Shown here one piece after another: positions 34,544 through 46,325 of a stretch of 64,000 bases of DNA (within the stretch, counting starts at the first letter, position 1; each line of letters opens with the position of its first letter). The stretch spans positions 1,178,001-1,242,000 of the forward strand of contig JBLDXI010000023.1 in assembly GCA_047495785.1 (NCBI GenBank). The letters are read 5' to 3'. The notes under the pieces were generated by a model, which worked only from the letters and a program-made list of their open reading frames with translations, ran no database searches and was not told the origin of the DNA. Source of the stretch: Lepidodermella squamata. Lineage: Eukaryota > Animalia > Gastrotricha. Both the position numbers and the translations under genes were made by a program.

Positions 34544-37440
34544 ATGGCATCTGGGAAGAAAATTATATCTGTAATCGGCTCGACTGGCAATCAGGTATGA
34601 CATCGGTTCATATTCGAATTTTCAACTGCTATTTCGCATATTTTCTAGGGCGGTGGCGTGATCAAGGCTCTTCTTGAGGATGAAAAGTCGCCTTTTATCG
34701 CTCGAGCTTTGACTCGAGATGCTAATTCACCGAAAGCTCAGGCCTTGAAGCAGCAAGGTGTCGAGGTTGTTCAGGTCGATCCTTATGACGAGAACGCTCT
34801 CGCCGAGGCTATCAAAGGATCTTATGGCTTGTTTTGTGTATCCGTGACGCAATGGGGCGATATTGACAGCGAGACGCGCATGATCAAGGCGATGGCGAAT
34901 GCGGCAAGGTAACATTTATAAAATTGAAAATCGACAAAATTATATTTTATTGAAAGATATGAAACATTTTAAATTAAAAATTAAAAAATTGACACAGTTA
35001 TACAATTACCAGGCAATTGGGGCAAAATTACCTGATAAATTTTTGAAGAGAAATTTCTTGCAATTTGAGTGCATCAATAGGCTAATTTTTTTCGCTCGAA
35101 TAAGTAAAAAGTATTTGATTTATAGAATTTGATAATTGAAAATTCCGAGAAAAATCTAAGAAAAAATTGAAAAATCATGTTTATAATTAAAATTAAATAA
35201 CTGCGAATAAATTTAAGAAAAAAATGAATATAAAAAAATGGCTATAAATTTTAAATTTCTATTTGATTTTAGAAAATTTTGCATACAATTTCTGCGACCA
35301 GATTGAATTTTTCATTTTTAGTTACCTACTGCCAGAAATTTATTCTTCTCAATTTCTTGAGAAATTTTTTCCAATTTCGTTTTCCAAATTTACGCAAAGC
35401 TCAGAAAAGGCTGAAAACTCCATACCCTTCAATATGCAAAGGAGCATGTGCAGAATTACCCGCTTTGTAACTGTCCAACTAGCAACGAATCCTTTCGGTC
35501 GCCAAAAAATCGCAAACCAAGAGGCAAAAATCGTAAAATCACACATTTGTACTGATAAATCTTGGCTTTTGTGGCTTTGAATTAGTACTGATTTTATTTC
35601 TCAAAAATACGGTATTTTTATTTTTGAAATTCTTAGTTTTTATTTTTTTCAAATTATAAATTTAATTGAATTAATTAAATGACAAGAACATTAATAACTT
35701 GAAATTGAAATTAAAATCCCGATGATTGATAAATAGATTTTCAACATCCAAGTTGGATTTAAATTTTTTTTCGCTAAATTTGATACTTCTAATTCATTTT
35801 GCTCTTTCAATCGCAATTTCTAAATTACAGAAAATCAGGAGTCAAACATGTTGTTTGGTCGACCGTTGAAGACTCTCGAAAATTCATCGCCCCTAATGAT
35901 GAACGATATCCGACGTTGCACGGCCGGTTCAAAGTACCTTCGCTGGATGTAAAAGGCGAAGGCGATGCATTGTTTGCCGATCTTCCGACCACCTACGTCT
36001 CTACACCGAGTTTCTACGACAATTTCCTCGTGCCGGGTCAGAATGTTCGCAAAACTCCGGATGGCAAAGTTGCTTACGCCTATTCAAGTGGCGAAACATC
36101 ACAACCGGTTAGTTTTCGGGAAATTATCTCAATAAAAAAAAATGCGGGACCCAGGGATAGAGGTTCAGTGATAGAGTTTTGGTTAGGGTTGAGGCTTGGT
36201 TTCGGTTCCGGGATAAGGTCAGGGTTCACTTTTTAGGTTGGGGTTCAGTTTTTAGGTCAGTGCCCAGGGTTTAGCTTAGGGTTCAGAGTTTAAGTTAGGT
36301 CAAGGTTTAGGTCAGGGCCCACGGTTTAGGTTCAGGTTCAGGGTTTAGGTTAGGGTCCAGGGTTTAGATTAGGACAGGGTTTAGGTTCGGGTTCAGTTTT
36401 TAGGTTAGGTCAGGGTTTAGGTTAGGGTTCAGGGTTTAAGTTAGGTCAGGGTTTAGATTAGGACAGGGTTTAGGTTAGGGTTCAGTTTTTAGGTTAGGTC
36501 AGGGTTTAGGTTAGGGTTCAGTGTTTAGGTTAGGGTTCAGTTTTTAGGTCAGGGCCCAGGGTTCAGGTTACGGTCCACAGTGGTTAGGTCGATGATTAGG
36601 CGTTGGGATTAGGGTTCAGTGCAAGGGCTAGGGTTAAGGCTAAGTCATGGTTAGGGCGCAGCGTTAGTGTTAGGGTTAGGTTTAGGGTTTGGTAAGGGTT
36701 CATGGTAAAGGTTAGGCTTAGGTTTAGGTCGATTATTAGGCGCTGGAATTAGGGATCAGGGTTCAGGGTAAGGGGCAGGTTAGGCTTGGGGAATGTTAGG
36801 TCGAGTTTCGATGTTTCGATAGGCGCTCCGCCAACAACTACTCTCAAGCGGAAAAAATTGCCTACGCTTGTGAACCTTGTTATTCGTTTCTAAACTAGTC
36901 CGCTGGCATTTCCTATACGTTTCCAGCTCGAATTAAATGAAAAAATATGTATGAACCTAAATTCTGTCCCGGCTTCTCCTGGGATACTTATTCTCCAAAT
37001 ATTTCCTGTTAATGTTTTTTCGGATTATTTGGTTAAATATATCATAAGCATGATTAAGATTTCGATGATTTCTTTGTCAGGGAATTTTCGCTGAAGATAT
37101 CGGTCGATGTGCGTACGGAATATTTAAAGACGCAAGCTACATCGGGCGACATCTTGGCGTAGCCGCAGAGCATTTAACCGGCAAGCAGTACGCGGCTAAA
37201 TTGTCTAAATTTATCGGCGTCGATGTCATTCCTTACGAAATGTCGTTTGACGACATGCAAAGAATGCCGTTTCCCCACGCCGGCGATATTGCGGCCATGT
37301 ACCAGTTCTTCCACGATTTCTCAAAAGAAATGCTTGCGATTCGCGACCCGGCTGAGACGAAGAAGCTCAACCCGAAAGTTCTTGATTTCGAGCATTTCCT
37401 TGAAAAGCATGGCGGGGGTCTGAAAAAGCTTTTGGAATGA
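34544..37440 (+). CDS. NmrA-like NAD(P)-binding protein (atypical SDR); 4 exons (34544-34594, 34649-34908, 35831-36107, 37081-37440), 315 aa
   Basis: KKIISVIGSTGNQGGGVIKALL Rossmann motif, RALTRD, GVEVV, GVKHVVWST, KGEGD, EDIG and LNP motifs. Exons join in frame. TATAAAAG at 34449. Confidence 0.92.
36150..36800 (+). repeat. Degenerate telomere-like hexamer array (TTAGGG/TCAGGG/TTTAGG) in NmrA intron 3
   Basis: Dozens of GGTTAG/GGTCAG/GGTTTA units with a higher-order repeat. A short similar tract lies at 4806-4830. Confidence 0.85.
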
Positions 37441-38469
37441 TGACGTCCAACGATCCCGCTCACAGTTGATTATGATGAGGAATTAGATAAATGACTGTTC
37501 CATTGAAAGTAAAGATGATGTAAATAAAGATCTCTGCTTATGCTCTGTTCGTTAACGGTTTACCTTAACTGATAATTTATAATTTATAAGGTGCTAAGTG
37601 GACCTGTTAAATTTCAAATCGATTCAAGCCCAAAGTTTCGCACTGGCCAAGATCTTAGTAACTCCCCGATATCGAAAAATCTCAAGTTTGCATTTACGAC
37701 AATCACGGCTCGAAACGGTGTCACATGGACGTAGATTTCCTTATCTTCGATTCGCCAATAGCCGTTAGCCGTTTTCAGCCGTCGCGATGTTTCTTAAGCC
37801 TTAACATGACTTCGCCTGCTATTTTGGAGTTTCTGTACTCTTGTGTTACTGTTACACTTGTAATAAATCGTACTTTGCTATATTACCCCTTCGGCCATCT
37901 TTCATGCTTTCGCTGCCGAAGAGGGTTAATCATCTATAGCTAGTCTAGAAACTGGAACACAATTTCAGAAAAGACGTTTTAGTCACACATTTTCCGTTGG
38001 ATCGGATCGTCACTAAAAAATGGAGAGATAGGATACAAAATTCGTCGCAATCCAATTTGAAGGTTAGTTGTCCAATTGAAGGACGAGACTTTAACGGGCG
38101 GATGCACAGACGATACAGCACGAACATGGGCGACTTCGGGCGTTTTTTGTCTCGTGTTTCATTTTAATTTAGAGATCCTAGCAGTATTCAGTCCATATAG
38201 AGCACAGAGTGTCAGTCCTTAGATAGCAACTATTTATAAAAGCAAGAGAGGCTAGTTATCATTCCTTCGCCGACTACGATTTGTCTGTGCCGTCTGAAAC
38301 GGATGCGGCAGTGTTTTGACCATCAAAATTACCGGATGGTAGGTACCTGCATTTTCATTTCAGCACAAGAATCGCTTGTAAACGCAACTTTTCTCATCCG
38401 AATAGAAAACCGTATCCGCGAATGTACTTCTTTCGCTAAATTGTTGATCATAAAGTTTAGCGGCCTGCT

Positions 38470-38632
38470 GTAATGGCTCGCTAACCATTAGGATTGAGCT
38501 CATGAGATTTTGTGAGCTCATTCATATGGGCTCTGACTGCTTATGGTCAAAAGATGTGACCGGTGAACCTCCATGGTTGAAGAAAGACGACAAATTTAGG
38601 CATATTTTGTAACCTTATCCTATTGGAGCAGC
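38470..38632. repeat. Dispersed repeat, inverted homolog of 45021-45170
   Basis: The reverse complement matches 45021-45170 (CAACCATG..GGTTC..TTTTGACCAT..GCTCACA..CTCATGAGC..GAGCCAT). Confidence 0.55.
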
Positions 38633-39065
38633 CTTACTGCCATCTGGTATTTTGATCTCTGTCATGCTGGCAGCACTTCCTGATCTTCGGCAAACATCCC
38701 ATCAGTTATTTAGCTGTCATGTTTTCGCTTTCTGAGCCCCTCTGTGCACTACTATACCCAATTTTTTGTCGATAAAACTAAAAGAGTGATTCCGAGAAGT
38801 TGATCTACTTGTTTGATTGCTAATCATTTTTAATTATGAATATTACATGAATGAAGTCCATTATTTGTCTTTTCAGGCGCGCAGCTTGAATTTTCAGTAG
38901 ATAATTAAAGAGGAGAAAAAATAGGATTCTAAAATAGTACAGGAATGCCTTCCCTGTACTCATGACAGTCTCCATGGCGGATCTGTCTGGACATGTCAGA
39001 TAGAAGCGAAGAAATGCTTCAGTCTCATATTTCCAAACCTTCTGCAGTTCGTCTATTTTAAATCA

Positions 39066-41916
39066 TACATCACCACAGTCAAGACTTTCTGGATCGGCTA
39101 CAACATTTTCTATTCACACAATACCACACATAGCGAATGGCTCGCTCTCAAACTGGTAAACAAACACGGGAAAACGCTAACGGTTGCAACGGGGTATAGC
39201 TCCCCCGGCTATCCACTTGACGTTTCGTTTCTTTCCTTAGCACTAGGTGGCATAGTCGACTCCGACGAGCCATGCGTGCTAGCTGGCGACCTCAACTGTT
39301 GGCACCCACGGCTTTCCAGGCCGGACGATTCGATCAATGCCTCGGGGGCGGTCATGGTCGACTGGCTGGACCGCGAGGGTCACACTCTTATTAGCTCCGG
39401 CCAGCCGACGCATTTCTCACCTCAGGGACGAGGTCGGCAGTTGGACATTTGGCTCGCCAATCAGGCAGCCTTGTCGATGTTGACCCAACCGCCCATGGTG
39501 GCGGACAAGTTTGGTAGCGACCACTGTGCGACAGTGTTGAATGTCGATTTCAGCACCACCTCGGAGCCCCCTCGGCCAAACGGTAATGAACCGAGATTGA
39601 ATTTCTATAAAGCCAATTGGAAAAAATTCTCCGAAAAATTAAAAGTTTTATTATCAATTCTCGCTCTTCCTTTAAAGCCCATGCCCGGCGATCCGGTAAG
39701 TAAGATAGATTTATACCTAAACGCGATAATTGAAGCCATCAGCATGGCGGCCAAAGAAACGATACCAACTTGCACGGAAAAATCTCTACCTACTTGGCGC
39801 TTAACGCCAGAAATAGCTACCAAGCTGGAACAGCGTAATAAAATGCAAAGGCTATATGATCGCACTCGCGACCCACAAGTCAAGACCGAATGCAATAGGT
39901 TAAACAAACAGATTAAACACTTAATTATAGCTCAAAAAATCAAGCAATGTGAACTCTTCCTCATAAGACTGGTAAAACTTTTTGAGGAAAATAAGCCCAG
40001 ACCAGCGTGGCAAGCTGTGAACTCCAAACTCTCATCGCGGCGTCGCCATCGCAAGATCGCTGTGCTGAGAAACGCTCTAGGACTAAATGTCATCGACGAC
40101 GGCGAAAAGTGCGAGTTACTTGCCGAAACTTTCTCCGAAGTTCTGAAAGGCCCACCAGCTACGTCGACCAAGCCAGAAGATGTCAAATTCTGGAATGAAA
40201 CAGATGCTGCAATGGCCAGTGATGAAACGATGAAACCTTTTCCGACAGTGCCCCGAAATCAGTCTATAAAAGTCCCAAAATGGGCGGTAAAGCAAATGCT
40301 CAGGCAGCTGAAATGGAAGGCCCCTGGTCATGACAATGTCTCAAATATCTTGCTCAAGAAAGGCGGCTCAGCTCTGGTAGGCCATCTAAGGTATCTCTAC
40401 AAAGTGAGTTTGAACTCCGGGTATGTACCCCGTGCTTGGAAAATCGCGATTATAGTGCCCATACTCAAAGAGGGGAAGGATTCACGTTTGCCAGACTCTT
40501 ACCGACCGGTGTCCCTTCTGCCATCACTCGGCAAAGGGCTCGAAGTAATCGTAGCGAAATTTCTCTATCGTTTTCTCGAAATAAACAAATTGCTTCCATC
40601 CCACCAGTATGGTTTCAGGTCTCTTAGGTCAACTATCGACCCTGTGTTCCGGTTCATCAGCGACATCGGTCTAGCCATATCAAAACGACAAAAGCTGGTC
40701 GCTATTCTCTTGGATTTCAAAGCTGCATTTGATGTTATATGGCATAACGGCTTGCGGCTAAAACTAAAACAATCAGGTTTGCCGATTCCATTGGTAAGAT
40801 GGATTTCGGACTTCTTAAGAGAACGCTCGTTTCAAGTAAGGGTTGGCAGCAGTCTAAGTGCAAGCAGAGATATTTTTTGCGGCGTACCGCAGGGGTCGCC
40901 TTTATCACCTCTACTTTTTATCTTTTATGCCATGGACATTCAGCCAAAAGGTTCCTCGCCGCAAGACGCCACCAGATCTGTCGCAAAAGGCACATTTGCT
41001 GACGACTCCCTAATCTGGACCTTCGGCTACTCGATTGCAGCCAGCGTCGCGAGGCTAAGAAAGCGCCTACGCTCAATCGAAGTGTGGTGCAACAAATGGC
41101 GGCTTCGCTTAAGCCCGGGGAAGTGTGAAGTGATCGTCTTCGGTAGATATGGCAACTCGCCTCCTGAAGTACGCTTTGAGCTATATGGCCAGCCCCTGCC
41201 TCAGGTCAACCGCGCACGCTACCTCGGGATTTATCTCACACCCCAGCTAAGTTGGAATTACCATCTTGAAATAATTGCCTCAAAACTGAAGCCTCGCCTT
41301 GGCGCCCTCTACGCCTTGGCCAAGCGGCATGTTTTGCCTAAAAACCTTTGTGTGCTCTTTTATAAAACAGTCCTGGAGTCCTTGGTTGCCTATGGAGCCC
41401 CTGCCCTTCGTTGCCTTGCGCCCTCCTCGGTTGGAAAACTGTTGGAAATCCAAGCCCACTGCCTTCGAGCCTTGTTTGATCTGCCCTTCGAAACGGAAGT
41501 AATAGACGTCATCGCTTACGCCGGAGTCGACTCCATTGAGGATGTCTTCCTTGGTGCCTTCAAACGCTATGGCGAACGCTGCTTAGCAGCAGGTCTAGAT
41601 ACGGCGGACTACATCAACTACGTCTGCGGTATCCGCCCAACGTCAGAAGACGCTCGCAAAGTACTTGCCGATAAGTGCCCAGCTTGGCATTTACGTGAAG
41701 TTTCAAAACCTAGCCAGCTGAGCCTCTCACACGACCCACGGGACTGGCTACAAGTCGTTTTATAACCAGCACTCTTTTTAGAGAAACGGCATATTATCTT
41801 TTCTACCGTTCATTTTATATCGCCTTTTTACATTGTTGATTGCATCATAAATTTCTAAGTCTATGAGGCTATGTAATCGCGCCGAGAGCGCCGTAACAGG
41901 CGGTGGTAGTAAAATA
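39066..41916 (+). mobile_element. 5'-truncated non-LTR retrotransposon (LINE; APE endonuclease + RT, Jockey/I-like, no RNase H seen)
   Basis: Frame open from 39066 to 41765. EN motifs AGDLNC, PTH, LDI, GSDH. RT motifs YRPVSLL, QYGFR, LDFKAAFD, GVPQGSPLSPLLF, FADD, YLG. A-rich 3' end; candidate TSD AAATCA (39060-39065 and 41917-41922). Confidence 0.92.
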
Positions 41917-42135
41917 AAATCAGAAATATGCCAAATTAAATAAAGACTTACTCTGAGCAGCGGCGTCTTCGGCTTCGCTGCTAATGATATCTGATTGAAA
42001 TGTTGATTGCAGGTCGTGAGTTTTTTTTATCAACTGTTCGGCATTTGCTGGTAATAAGACATTGCTAATCACCGATATTTGCCGTCCTCGTCGCTATGCG
42101 GCCGCTCTAGCTCATAGGAACAATTCTCTTTGAGA

Positions 42136-44621
42136 ATGAAAACAGCAATATTAGTGTTTAGCATCCTGAAAATCCTCCGGAGTGAATCTATCGATGCACC
42201 TGTGAAGCATTTGATAACAGCAGGTAGCAACAACGCAACCAATTCAGAGAGGCCCAAAATACGAATACTCTACCAGGATATCAATACTGGGCCATTGGGC
42301 AGCGGAATCGTGGCTGACGTATCGATTCAAATTGTCCTCGATCGACTGCGCTCGATGCCAAACTGGTTGCCTAACTACGACATAGAGATCGAACTTTTGG
42401 ACGATCAAGGCAACGACTCTATGTCTATTTCACAGTTCGCCAAACGGCTGTATTTCGATTCTGAAACGGATGAAATATTCCCCTTGATGGGTATTCAAGA
42501 TATAGCGGGTCAAGTTGAAGAATTGCAAGCATTCATGTTAACACCGCTCAATTTCCTCGGCGTAAGTTGTACATGTAATTCTGAGAAATAATGTTAATAT
42601 GAGCCATTTAAAAGGTGTCGAATTATCTAAGTTCTCTTAAGCTGACAACCGAACGATCAAAATTTCGGAATTTCTTCGGTCTCGGCGAGAGGGCTGACTA
42701 TTTCTGCGCCGGGGTGGCTAGTTTTGCTCGAAAAATGAACTGGAACTCCGTTGGGCTTATCTCTGCAATCCACCCGGGTTGGAACTTGTTCGACCGATGG
42801 TTTGTTCAGTACTTCGAGGCTAACAACGCTGAGGTGTCGCCAATCGCAAAGTTTTGGTCGGAGGATCTACAGAACACGGAGGAGGCTTTCGCCGAGCTGA
42901 AAGCTAGCCAAGCTCGGATAATTCTAACGGCCTCTTGGGAAAACGTTTTCATCAGTTGCTGGCTTTACCGATTTGGTTTGTATGGTCCCAATTTTGTAAT
43001 TATTTTCCCAAGCTGGACCCAGTTTGATGAAAACTCTACTATACCAGAAGAACTGAGTTGGTGTGACAGAACTTCGCTAATTGAAATTCTGAAAAGCTCT
43101 GTCTTGTTCGCCGATCTTACCTTGGAGGACGTGTTAGGAGCGAATTCGACCCAGGACATCACAGGCTTCACTGCATCAGACTATGAGGTAGAGCTCGTGT
43201 CTCAAATGGAAGACTATCAACGTTCTCCCATACCTTATCCTTTTTATGACCGAATGATGTTCATAGGGCTAATTCTAAACCATACAGAAGCTATTCTTGC
43301 TACGAAAGGCCAAACTCTGTCGGATTGGACAACAAACCAAGAACGATTCCGGCAAAATGGATCGGAAATCGTTTCTGTAATGAAAGAGGCCGTGTTAAGA
43401 ACGGAATTCACTGGTTTAAAAGGAATCTACAAATTCGACCCTGATTCTATGTTGTCGGTTGGAGGTCAGCCTGTATCATTCTCTCAGATTCAGTACCGGG
43501 AAAGCCAATCCATTCAATGCGTTGGGGCCGGCTATCTGTCATGGTTGAATGATTCTATCGTTATGAAGACTGACTGCCCGTTCGTGTGGTTAACGAAGTC
43601 GAAACTACCACCGAGGGGACACATATCTGTGATTGAAGTTAGGGAGTCCCTTTTGATTAGAGAAGCTGATGTAGCGCTCAAAACAATCGCCAGCTGTCTT
43701 ATTTCGATCAATTTAGGTAGTATGGCTGCGAATCGAGGGCATACTATCAGGAGAATGGGTATCGTCGGGAATATCCTTATGGTCAGCCATGTCTTCCTCA
43801 TACCCTCAAGCTGGTCGGATGATATTGGGAAATACTTCTCAGCCATGATTTTTCTCGCAATTTCAGGTTTTTCAACGATGTGGATGGCTAATTTGTTCGA
43901 CCTTGAAACTCTTAAACTAAAAACTCGGGCGATTAGCGTTGCGGCGCCAAGCGTTCAATTTCACAGCCCCAAGCCCGTAAAGCTCGAATACTCTTTCGTT
44001 CAGATGCTAAATCCCAAGCACATTATCATGGCCTTGATTTCCACATTCGCTGAGGCTATTTTCACTGCAATATTACTTATTTTGAACCCTATATCGAAGC
44101 TAGACGTTGTAGCACACGTCGACTACATGGCTGATGACGATGTTTTGAAACGAATCATTCGCAACGAAGCCTCTGTTCTCGATTCTCTCGCATCTTCGAT
44201 TAGTGGGAAGGTTTTGCTGGTCATTACATTCCTCCCATTGTTGCTGATTTTTATGAGATCGCTGTTGCTGACAAAGCGAAAAGGCCGCTATGGCAACAAG
44301 CCGCTTGCTGTCAGCGTAATTGCTTCTGCGAGTGTGATTGCAGCCGGGATTCTGGTTGGCATAACTCAGGCTGCTGATGGGCGAAGTCTCATGCTGACAG
44401 TTTCGATAGTTTTGCTATGCCTGGCCTCAATTAGCACCGCCGCTGGATTGCCGTGGGGAAATTTGGTTAAGCTCTCTGCCCAGGTACCTTTGACCAATAG
44501 CCAAGCCCAGGGAGCTGAAAGAAATTCAGCTCGTTCGAATCGATCTGCAGCTCTTATTGATTCCAGAAGTAGGCATTTTCCGACCAAGGCACGAGTTAGC
44601 AGAATCGAGGCATCAAAATGA
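42136..44621 (+). CDS. GABA-B-like class C GPCR, copy 3 (exons 42136-42561, 42615-44621)
   Basis: Same architecture and intron as copy 2; open frame. Confidence 0.9.
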
Positions 44622-45517
44622 CACAAAAATCAGGGTCTTTGCTAGGAATGGTTTTTCTCACCCCTAATGTGTATTGTCAAACCACTAGGCTATTCGCAGA
44701 TTCAATATGATTATTCTCGGTCATCAACTTCCTCTTGAAGTTGAGTTGCTAATATTTCTTGAAACTTCGCAGCGATTAAGAATTATCGTTGGATGTTTGA
44801 AGTCACATTTTACGTTTTCGGATGAAATGGTAAAAAAAAATTCATAAAGGAAGATATATGTCGGATGATAAACTGTTACGAGAGAAGATTGATGTGGAAG
44901 AGGCTCGTTTGCTGTGGAAGAAAATGAATGTTTAGAATTGGCTGAAGGTTTCCTTACCCGTATGGCGAGCAAAGAAAGATAATTCTTAGTTTCAACGGAT
45001 TTCAGAAAATATAATAAACATAGGGTAAGTTAACCTTAACCGCTTTTTTTGAAACACTTGCTATTCCCCAACCATGAGGTTCTCTGGGCTCGTATTTTGA
45101 CCATTAACAGTCCGGACCCATTTGAATAAGCTCACAGAAACTCATGAGCCAATTCGTAACCGAGCCATCGCTGCTGAAATTTTAAAAATTGTCTGATGGA
45201 ATAGCAAATATTGGAGAAAGTTCAACATTTTTATTCGTAACAGCCGCGTTGCATATTAGTTGGTGTAAAGTCGCTTTGGGTTCGAATCCAGTATCCCGTG
45301 CTTGATGTTTGATGTTTTGCCTGTGGCAACGGGCAACGGCCGGAGAAGGAAATATGGAAAATTAAGCTCACTGTCATGCCAATTTCAAGAGGTTGTGGAG
45401 CATGATCCTGCTTCACGGCGTTAGGTATGGCTCCATAAATAAAGAAAATAAAATGATATGATTGATACGTATTCTTCACAATTTTCCAATTAGTTTCAAT
45501 TTGCTGAAATAATTCAC

Positions 45518-45983
45518 CTGTACTTGCGCAAAACGATTTTGCACAAAACCACTTGCATAAATGTACCTGCACAAACTCAATTTTTCAGCGGAATCATTCG
45601 TTTAATGCGATCAAGTGCAGCGTGATCTTCAATGATATTATTAGCAGAAAAAATGGGCATGACATCATCGATTGATTGATTTCAGTTTCATTTAATCATT
45701 CGAAGGTCCCAACGTGAAACTCTGAATATCTCAAAAAGCCGGGGGAAACACTGTAGGCCTGCCACAAGATCGCTTAAATCATGGCTGAACATTGTTTTGT
45801 AAATAAAAAAGGGGGCCCGGAATCAGTCTTTGATGCCAGTGGACTTCGCCTTCAATTCGCGAAATTCGATTTGTTTATTCAAGTCGACTCCGCTTGAAAA
45901 ATTGAGTTTGTGGAAATGTTGTTGCGCAAGTGCATTTATGGAAGTGATTTTGTGCAGGATTGTTTGTGCAAGTACAGACATCC
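45518..45983. mobile_element. MITE with long imperfect TIRs built of TTGC(A/G)CAA units
   Basis: 45518-45590 is approximately the reverse complement of 45893-45978. Confidence 0.6.
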
Positions 45984-46325
45984 CTCTGAAATGATATTGA
46001 GAAGGTGTCATACAGCAGTGGGAAAATCGGAATAAACCTTGTCTCATATTTCAAAATCCAAGTGACCCTTGCTCATTTTTAATCTAACATCTAACAAAAT
46101 ACGAGCTGATGAAAATACGAGCAAAGAAAAACTAACTCCGGTTAGAGGCGTCTTAACGTTTGCTGCAAATTATCTGATTGAAAATATTAATTAAAGTTCG
46201 CCAGTCTCTTTTACGGACTGCGCGGCATACGCTGGTAATATGAAATGGCTAATCATCAAAACGCGCCATCATCGTCGCACTACCCCCTATCCCCGCCTTA
46301 GCTCAGAGAGACATTTCTCTGTGTA

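Noticed and set aside
36150-36800. True telomere or chromosome-fusion site
   Set aside because: The repeats are degenerate, single-orientation and lie inside an intron of an intact gene.
37884-37929. Short CCCTTCGGC...GCCGAAGAGGG-TTAA hairpin as a mini-piggyBac
   Set aside because: Left TTAA is absent and the TIR is imperfect; insufficient support.
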